NCBI GenBank assembly: GCA_963716175.1
Contig: OY970296.1
Location: 2,848,001 to 2,912,000, forward strand
Length of the DNA stretch: 64,000 nt
From: an uncultured Armatimonadetes bacterium
GTDB lineage: Bacteria > Armatimonadota > Hebobacteria > Hebobacterales > Hebobacteraceae
Direction: 5' to 3'
Below, piece by piece: positions 57,569 to 64,000 of this stretch. Every line of letters begins with the position of its first letter. Positions within the stretch are counted from its first letter, which is position 1. Below the pieces are notes generated by a model. That model saw only the letters and a list, made by a program, of their open reading frames with translations, was not told the origin of the DNA and made no database searches. The position numbers and the translations under genes are program-made.

Positions 57569-59888
57569 GTGGGTGAGACCACGGCTGACGGCATTCCTTC
57601 TGGGGGAACTCTCGCAAAGGGGTACTCAGAGAGTGGCCTCCCATCTGGGCGCCTGCCCAGAGTGTCTCCAGGCACTTGACGGGCTACGCCAGGCGGTCGG
57701 CGTGCTGGAACAACTGGCGGAACAGGAGCGGAGTGCTTCCACAGTCGTGGCGAAGGCGGGGACCCATGAGGCCGTCTTCCCACCGGTTGATGTGCACAGG
57801 ATACGAGCGTTGGTGGCGCCCGTCAGAAGCAGGCGGCTCGTAGCCTGGGCGCTCGCGGCCTCCGCTGCAGTAGTCCTGGCGGGGATGGCCTGGTGGACTC
57901 GTGGCTTCCTGCCGCAGCATCAGCGCGTAGTTGGGGAGGTCATCCGCGTGTTGGGCCATCCCCAGGTGAGCATACAGCCGCATGGTGAGCCGAGGGGGAC
58001 ACGTGTTGGCGAACTCATAGGATCGGGTGCTCGACTCAGCACAGGGGAGACAGACAGGCTGGAGCTGCAGTTGCAGGATGGCTCGCGGGTCCGCCTCGAC
58101 TTCAACACCTCGGCGACGGTGAGCAATGCCCGGCACAGAGGTGTCACCGCAGGCCGGGCCGATCTGAACCTCCAGCGCGGACGTCTCTGGGTGCTGGTGA
58201 CGTCGGGACAGATCGGCCTCACCGTGCACACTCCGGCAGGAACGGCCGAGGCGGTGGGAACCTTGTTCGAGGTTAACGCCAGCGGCGGCCCGCCTGGAAA
58301 GCCAAGAGCCGGCGTGCCACAGCCCGAGCCCACCGCCCGGACGACGGTTACGGTGTTCCGGGGCAAAGTCAGATTCGGCAACCGGCACGGTACAGTGGTC
58401 GCAGATGCCGGCATGACCGCAGATGCGACTGAGGCACGCGCCCCGCAGGCACCGCGGCCAGTCACGCGCTTGGAGACGATTCGGAGTCAGGCTCCTTGGG
58501 GGCAGACTAACTATGAGGTGTGGGTACTGCCTCCGCTGGGCCTCGGCGAGGTAGCAAAGAGACTGGTCGGTGTCCGGAGTTGGCTCGGGCTGGAGGTGAC
58601 GCCTGCGCCGATGACGCTAGACGGGAGGGCTCTCACGGGACCGGGCGCGGCGGTGGTGCGCGTCGTGCCCAGGTTGCCGGCCCAAGCTGTCGGTATGAAC
58701 ACCGCCGATGTCCTGCTGGCGGTGGGCGGGGTCGCGATCTCCGGCGCCTCCGATCTCTGGCGCACAGAACTGCTTTTCTCGCCCGGCCAGTCGGTAGAGG
58801 TGGTCTCCGATCGCGCTGGTAGGCAGTACCGCTATCAGGTAGCTCTCGCCCGTCGCCGGGAACGAGTCACATCCAGATACACAGCGGCTCTGGCGGCCGG
58901 CAACTCCAGCCTAGTAGCCGGTCGGGTTGCGCAAGCGAAGGAACGCTATCTCGCCATTGGGTCGGCTGCGGACGGAGCCGTGTACAATAACCTTGGGGTG
59001 GTGGCTGAACTCGAGGGTCGGATCGAACGTTCCGAGGAGCTGTATAGAAGAGCCGCGGATGCAGCACCCGATCAGCCGCAGTACCACTCCAACTGGGCGG
59101 TGGCGCTGTGCCGTATCGGGAACCTGCCCAGCGCCGCTCGCGAGCTTGAGGCGACCCTCAGGCTGGACCCGCAGTTCCCTGACGCTGCCTTCATGCTTGG
59201 CAAGACGTACGCGTTCCTGGGAAACCTCAAGGGTGTCGAGGGAGAGGTTCAGCGGTTGCTCGCGACCCCCGATACCAAGGCTCAAGGGCTCTGCCTCGCG
59301 GGCGAGATCGCGTGGCTGCAGGACGATCTGAGGGGGGCAGTGTCCTGGTACCTCAAGGCGGCTGCGGCCGGTCCGTTCTACGACAATCCTCCTACCTACC
59401 TGGGAGGGGCCTACTTTGGCCTGGGCAATCTGGACGAGGCGGAGAAGTGGACTAAGCGGGCGCTAGTCCTGGATCCGAACTCGGTTCGCGCCCTCAACCG
59501 CCTGGGGTTGATCCGCTACCGCCAGGGACGCCTGGGAGAGGCCGAGCAGGCCTTTATGCGAGCGGAGTCCGAGCACCCCGGCTATGCGGTCGTCTACAGC
59601 AACCTGGCCGCGGTCTATCTGAAGCAGGGCAATGTCGCCGCCGCCACGGCCGCCTATGGCAAGAGCATAGCCGCGGATCCCGATAGTGTATATGCCCACC
59701 TGGGCCTCGCCATGGCGCTCGAGCGGAACGGGGAGTTTGCTGCGGCCAAGCGGGAGTATCAGACTGCTCTGGCGATAGACCCCACCTACAGCGAGGCCTA
59801 TCAGAGGCTTGCTGCTTTGCATCGTCAGCTCGGCGAGGTGGAGCTCGCACGAAACGTGCTCGCTTCTGCCAAGCGCTACGGCCTGTAG
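57555..59888 (+). CDS. Anti-sigma factor: zf-HC2, TM, FecR, PDZ, TPR
   Basis: HLGACPEC, TM helix, DGSRVRL/TPAG..AVGT.F, WLGL..PA..G...DV, TPR array. Confidence 0.88.
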   Translation: MSRCKWVRPRLTAFLLGELSQRGTQRVASHLGACPECLQALDGLRQAVGVLEQLAEQERSASTVVAKAGTHEAVFPPVDVHRIRALVAPVRSRRLVAWALAASAAVVLAGMAWWTRGFLPQHQRVVGEVIRVLGHPQVSIQPHGEPRGTRVGELIGSGARLSTGETDRLELQLQDGSRVRLDFNTSATVSNARHRGVTAGRADLNLQRGRLWVLVTSGQIGLTVHTPAGTAEAVGTLFEVNASGGPPGKPRAGVPQPEPTARTTVTVFRGKVRFGNRHGTVVADAGMTADATEARAPQAPRPVTRLETIRSQAPWGQTNYEVWVLPPLGLGEVAKRLVGVRSWLGLEVTPAPMTLDGRALTGPGAAVVRVVPRLPAQAVGMNTADVLLAVGGVAISGASDLWRTELLFSPGQSVEVVSDRAGRQYRYQVALARRRERVTSRYTAALAAGNSSLVAGRVAQAKERYLAIGSAADGAVYNNLGVVAELEGRIERSEELYRRAADAAPDQPQYHSNWAVALCRIGNLPSAARELEATLRLDPQFPDAAFMLGKTYAFLGNLKGVEGEVQRLLATPDTKAQGLCLAGEIAWLQDDLRGAVSWYLKAAAAGPFYDNPPTYLGGAYFGLGNLDEAEKWTKRALVLDPNSVRALNRLGLIRYRQGRLGEAEQAFMRAESEHPGYAVVYSNLAAVYLKQGNVAAATAAYGKSIAADPDSVYAHLGLAMALERNGEFAAAKREYQTALAIDPTYSEAYQRLAALHRQLGEVELARNVLASAKRYGL

Positions 59889-60044
59889 CTGATGCCGCGT
59901 TGGTTGCCAGGGCCTCCCTTGACTTCGGCAGCGGTGCGGCCCAGGGGCGTGACCACAGGGAATCCCCTGCGGTGCCTGGCTGAACCACCCACTCCTTTCC
60001 TGCAATAAACCTAATGAGGGTAAAGGCGGGAAAGGAGGCTGAGG

Positions 60045-60428
60045 ATGAAGCGGTTCGTGTGCATCGTGGTCCTGGCCGCAGCGGTTGCGCTCGGACTAGT
60101 ATTCGCGATTGCTCATGCGTGTGATCCGCCGATCGGCGGCATCCACGGGATCCCCCAGAACGCCGCGGTCTCCGGCAAGATCACGGTTGAGGTCGAAGTC
60201 AAGAGGGTTGAGACTACGATCAGGGGGGTTGATCTGTACGCTGACGGGAACTTGGTAGAGAGCATGAACCAGGCTCCTTACCGACAAGACGTGGATACCA
60301 CCAAGTTCAAAGACGGAGACCACAAAGTCTACGCCAAGGTGCGTGCCCTCGACCGCCCCGACGGGATGTCGCCCACCATTTCTTTTACGGTGAGCAACGG
60401 CCCTGAGGCGCCGAAAGAGCACGAGTAG
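60045..60428 (+). CDS. Secreted Ig-like domain protein
   Basis: Signal peptide; VSG.I, V..Y.DG, APY...DTT...DG.H; AGGAGG RBS. Confidence 0.8.
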   Translation: MKRFVCIVVLAAAVALGLVFAIAHACDPPIGGIHGIPQNAAVSGKITVEVEVKRVETTIRGVDLYADGNLVESMNQAPYRQDVDTTKFKDGDHKVYAKVRALDRPDGMSPTISFTVSNGPEAPKEHE

Positions 60429-60623
60429 TCAAGGCCCGCCGGCAGAGGGGGAGAGGGGGATAGTGCGTAGTGGGCGCCAGCGAATTGTGCCGGCGCCCAC
60501 TACCAGGCGGCAACAGTCTGCCTACAGTGATGACTGAACGAGGAAAACCAACGGAATAGCGTCGTCCGAGGGGAACACCCGGCGAGGCTTGGTCACAGCA
60601 GATACCCCAACGAGGTAAAGGCG

Positions 60624-61262
60624 ATGCCGCCCGCGACCCCGACGAGATCCGAGGGCATCTCGCCGACCTCTCCACAGGACCAGTTTAGGCAAACCGAGCA
60701 CGCTCTGCTGCGGGTGCTGCAGCAAGGCCAGAATGTCAGCCTCGTCGGCCCTGCTGGTTGCGGAAAGACCCATCTGCTAAGAACCGTCGCTCGCAAAGGG
60801 TCACTCCATATCCCCGATGCGCCGCTGCTGGTCTACCTCGACCTGAGACCCCTCGCGGATGCGACTCAGGAGGAATGCTTCGCGTGCCTGGCTGAGGCGC
60901 TTATCCGCGCGCTTCGCCGCGCTGGCTCGGCTGAGGACTCCAGACGGGCGGGACTTCGCATCTGCAACCTCGTCTCTTCACACTTGCTGGCCGTGCTCGG
61001 GAAGTTCACCCTGCGCGGTGTGCGCGTCTGTTACGCGTTGGACCACTTTGAGTACGCGGCCTGCAACACGCGCCTGAGTCCGGCTTTCTTCGGCGCACTG
61101 CGGAGCCTTTGCAGCGAGCCCGAAGTCTCCATCATCTCCGCCACCCGAGTCCCGCTTTGGCAGTTCGAGAGACTTGCCTCTTGCCTCAGCTCCCCGTTTC
61201 CGAACGTGTTTCTAACCTGGGGAATGAGTGCTGGTGAGAGGGTGTCGGGGATCCGTTGCTGA
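60624..61262 (+). CDS. Short P-loop (AAA/STAND-like) NTPase, possibly truncated
   Basis: GPAGCGKT Walker A, ALDHFE Walker B-like, FF..LRSL, SPF.N.F. Confidence 0.7.
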   Translation: MPPATPTRSEGISPTSPQDQFRQTEHALLRVLQQGQNVSLVGPAGCGKTHLLRTVARKGSLHIPDAPLLVYLDLRPLADATQEECFACLAEALIRALRRAGSAEDSRRAGLRICNLVSSHLLAVLGKFTLRGVRVCYALDHFEYAACNTRLSPAFFGALRSLCSEPEVSIISATRVPLWQFERLASCLSSPFPNVFLTWGMSAGERVSGIRC

Positions 61263-61934
61263 TCGCAGCACGGCAGCAACTGGCCGGCCGTTCGGGCGCG
61301 ACCGTCAACGGCCCATGGAGTGGGGCTGAGGCTGGAAGTTGGGCCGGCAAGAACTGACACTGGATGGCGCGCGCCGGCTCATGGAATAACCCCTTAGGTG
61401 AGCAGGTCACGCCGGCCCCTGCAGCAGGTCTAGAACAGCAGGGGCCGGCGTCTTTGATGTGGCAGGGGCCGTGATCTGAAACGGTTGCATCGCGGGGGCA
61501 GCGCTGCTGGGATGATGCCTCGTCCAGGCGCAAGATGAGCAAGTGGTTCTCGAGCCTCGGCCGCCTCTTCCTGACCTCCCACCCAGACCAACTCTCCCGT
61601 ATCCCCACCCACGGCAGCGCCCTGTCCTAAGCAGATCAGCCCCTCCCGAGTGGCCGACTGCACGCCTGGCACCATGGAGTGCTGGATCAGAGACACGGTA
61701 ACTCGCAGGACATGCAGTTTGGCCGATTCCTCGGAAGGAATCCGGGCCGGAGGCCCCGCAGACCGCTCTCATAGGATAGAACGCTCTGGGGTCACAGGCG
61801 AGCCCTGTGGGCTGCCGGCTCTGTCTCCTCCTGTGTTGGCGCGTGCAGACTGCCTGGCGACCCAGCAGGTCAACACTCCGATTCGGCCTGGGCCGAACCG
61901 CGGTGTCGTGTCTACGTCCCGGGTCGAGCCGCCC

Positions 61935-62156
61935 TCACAGCCCTCTGAAGAGGTCGGAGATCGAGGTACCCAATCCCCTCGCGATGGCTCGGACGTTGAT
62001 CAGCGACACATTCCGGCGGCCCCGCTCAATGCCGCTGATATACGTCCGGTCAAGTCCGCATTCCGCGGCAAAGTCCTCTTGCGAGAGGCCCTTCGCCTTC
62101 CTCAACTCCCGGACTCGACGGCCGAACCTGATCAGGATGTCACTGGACTTGCGCAT
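61935..62156 (-). CDS. XRE HTH resembling restriction-modification controller (C) proteins
   Basis: FG.RVRELR...GLSQE..A...[19 protein letters not shown]. Confidence 0.85.
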   Translation of the reverse strand: MRKSSDILIRFGRRVRELRKAKGLSQEDFAAECGLDRTYISGIERGRRNVSLINVRAIARGLGTSISDLFRGL

Positions 62157-62163
62157 CGCCGGT

Positions 62164-62207
62164 ATGCTAGGGCCGCTGGGACAATGGGTCTACGGACTAT
62201 CGGTCAC
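62164..62207 (-). promoter_or_regulatory. Tandem C-box-like operators and a leaderless-type -10
   Basis: Minus strand GT-GACCGATAGTC-CGTA-GACCCATTGTC; TAGCAT 7 nt before the ATG. Confidence 0.65.
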
Positions 62208-62275
62208 AGGAAGACGTGGTGCGCAAGCCGGGGGCTGGTGGCGCCAGGTGGGCTCCAGTCGGGATTCTGCCGGAC

Positions 62276-62307
62276 TTGACATTAGATGGAATGTGACCTA
62301 ATGTCAA
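62276..62307. promoter_or_regulatory. Perfect 10-bp inverted repeat forming symmetric promoter-like elements
   Basis: TTGACATTAG-N12-CTAATGTCAA; reads TTGACA-N17-TAATGT on both strands. Confidence 0.6.
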
Positions 62308-62362
62308 CAGCCGCCAAGCCCCGTCGGCAGGATGATCCTTTGGGGCGCGACGGAAGGTAAGC

Positions 62363-63931
62363 GTGACCGGACCTTCTGAGGACGGCGAGCAGTCCGAACG
62401 AGCGACCACGCGTGCTCGGGCTGTAGCATACGCCAGGATGTCTACCGAGCATCAGCAGTACTCGGTCGACAACCAATGCGACGTGATGCGGGAGTACGCC
62501 TCCCGGCACGCCATGGAGATAGTGCGTGTGTACGCCGACGAGGGAAAGAGCGGGCTGCGGCTCAGCGGCAGGGACTCGCTGAAGCGACTCATTGCTGATG
62601 TGAGCAGCCCGACTAGGGACTTCAGCGCCATCCTCGTCTACGATGTCAGCCGGTGGGGCCGGTTCCAGGACGTCGACGAGAGCGCGTACTACGAGTACGC
62701 GTGCCGACGTGCAGGCGTCGATGTGCACTACTGCGCAGAGCAGTTTGCCAACGACGGCAGTCCGGTCTCTACCATCGTGAAGGGCATAAAGCGGGCGATG
62801 GCCGCAGAGTACAGCCGAGAGCTGTCTGCCAAGGTCTTCAGGGGCCAGTCCCGACTGGTTCAGCTTGGGTTCAGGCAAGGGGGCCGTGTCGGCTATGGCC
62901 TCCGCAGGGTACTCGTTGACCAGGAGGGCAACGTTAAGGGCTTGCTCTCCGAGGGCGAGCACAAGAGCATCGCGACCGACAGAGTGGTATTGCAGCCAGG
63001 GCCCCCGGAGGAGCTGGCGATCATCCGATGGATGTTCCTGCAATTCGCCGTTGAGAGGAGAACCGAACCGCAGATTGCTGAGACCCTCAATGCGGAGGAG
63101 ATCGTTGCCCACTCCGGGGGCCCTTGGACACGGGCGATGGTCCACTACGTTTTGACGAACGAGAATTACATAGGCAACAACGTCTACAATCGGACGAGCT
63201 GCAAGCTGAGGAAGAAACGCGTGCACAACACCCCGGATATGTACGTTCGCGCCAATGGGGTGTTCGAGCGAATCGTTGATCTGGACTTGTTCGCCCGAGC
63301 GCAGGAGATCATGGCGGAGCGATGGCGGAAGCGGCCCGATGCGGAGTTGGTGAAGGGGCTGAAGCAGCTCTTGCAGCGGCACCGTCATCTCTCGGTCCGG
63401 ATCATCAACGCGTATGACAAAGGCCCATCGGCCTCAACCTACACCAGGCGGTTTGGCAATTTGCTGCCAGCCTACCGGATGGCCGGCTATGTGCCGAGGC
63501 GCGACTTCGCGTACCTGGAGATCAACAGGCAACTCAGGAAGCTGCATCCCCAGGTAGTGCTGCAGATCAGAACCGGCATGGTGGCCCAAGGCGCGGTGGT
63601 CACGTATGATGAGGAAGCTGACCTGCTAACGGTTAACAGCGAGTTCACGGTGTCAGCAGTGATCGCCAGGTGCCTCCAGACACGTTGTGGCGCGTGCCGG
63701 TGGGTGGTCCGTCTGGACACAAGGCTGAAGTCTGACATCACGGTCGCTGTTCGCATGGATCACGACAATATCGGCCCCATGGACTACTACCTGCTCCCCA
63801 CCACGGACATGCCGGGTGAAGAGCTCCGGCTAGGCGAGACCAACGGGCTGCTGGTCGACCGGTACAAGTTCCAGGATCTCGACTACTTGGCGCGGATGGC
63901 ACGTCGAGCTCATATCCAGGAGGTGATCTAG
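62363..63931 (+). CDS. Large serine recombinase (resolvase + recombinase domains)
   Basis: AVAYARMST, YADEGKSG, YDVSRWGR, EYSRELS, GYGLRR, NENYIG. Confidence 0.93.
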   Translation: MTGPSEDGEQSERATTRARAVAYARMSTEHQQYSVDNQCDVMREYASRHAMEIVRVYADEGKSGLRLSGRDSLKRLIADVSSPTRDFSAILVYDVSRWGRFQDVDESAYYEYACRRAGVDVHYCAEQFANDGSPVSTIVKGIKRAMAAEYSRELSAKVFRGQSRLVQLGFRQGGRVGYGLRRVLVDQEGNVKGLLSEGEHKSIATDRVVLQPGPPEELAIIRWMFLQFAVERRTEPQIAETLNAEEIVAHSGGPWTRAMVHYVLTNENYIGNNVYNRTSCKLRKKRVHNTPDMYVRANGVFERIVDLDLFARAQEIMAERWRKRPDAELVKGLKQLLQRHRHLSVRIINAYDKGPSASTYTRRFGNLLPAYRMAGYVPRRDFAYLEINRQLRKLHPQVVLQIRTGMVAQGAVVTYDEEADLLTVNSEFTVSAVIARCLQTRCGACRWVVRLDTRLKSDITVAVRMDHDNIGPMDYYLLPTTDMPGEELRLGETNGLLVDRYKFQDLDYLARMARRAHIQEVI

Positions 63932-64000
63932 GTGAGGGAAGACCACGACGACGGATACGAGATGGAGCAGGATCAAGCGGTTTCGGGAGAGACGCATGCC

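Overview
GC-rich bacterial accessory region with many mobile elements. Prepilin/H-X9-DG proteins, a copper-amine-oxidase N-domain protein and a DUF6785-like transporter suggest an Armatimonadota/Planctomycetota-like host (inference). Main contents: (1) a candidate new RiPP locus of BlaI-type repressor, M56 peptidase, sigma70 promoter, a 52-aa precursor missing from the ORF track that ends CCYLLC-HI-CCWVVC, and two radical SAM/SPASM enzymes, the second fused to a CBM9/DOMON-like domain; (2) an IS110 whose bridge-RNA guides can be read against its own ends and flanks, plus an orphan target-loop-only copy 32 kb away whose left guide and flank match the first copy reciprocally; (3) a compact integrase/TerS/ParB-methylase/TerL element with no structural genes, whose integrase stop abuts a prepilin GFTLIEL motif (a second TerL paralog is at the window start); (4) an RHS toxin-immunity pair; (5) several rve/IS481-like and IS21 relics; (6) AraC, prepilin, transporter, nitrilase, propeller-secretin and glycoside hydrolase genes; (7) an ECF sigma with a FecR-PDZ-TPR anti-sigma; (8) an orphan C-protein with C-boxes beside a large serine recombinase. 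No rRNA, tRNA or CRISPR array was seen. All calls are by-eye motif recognition; no database searches were run.
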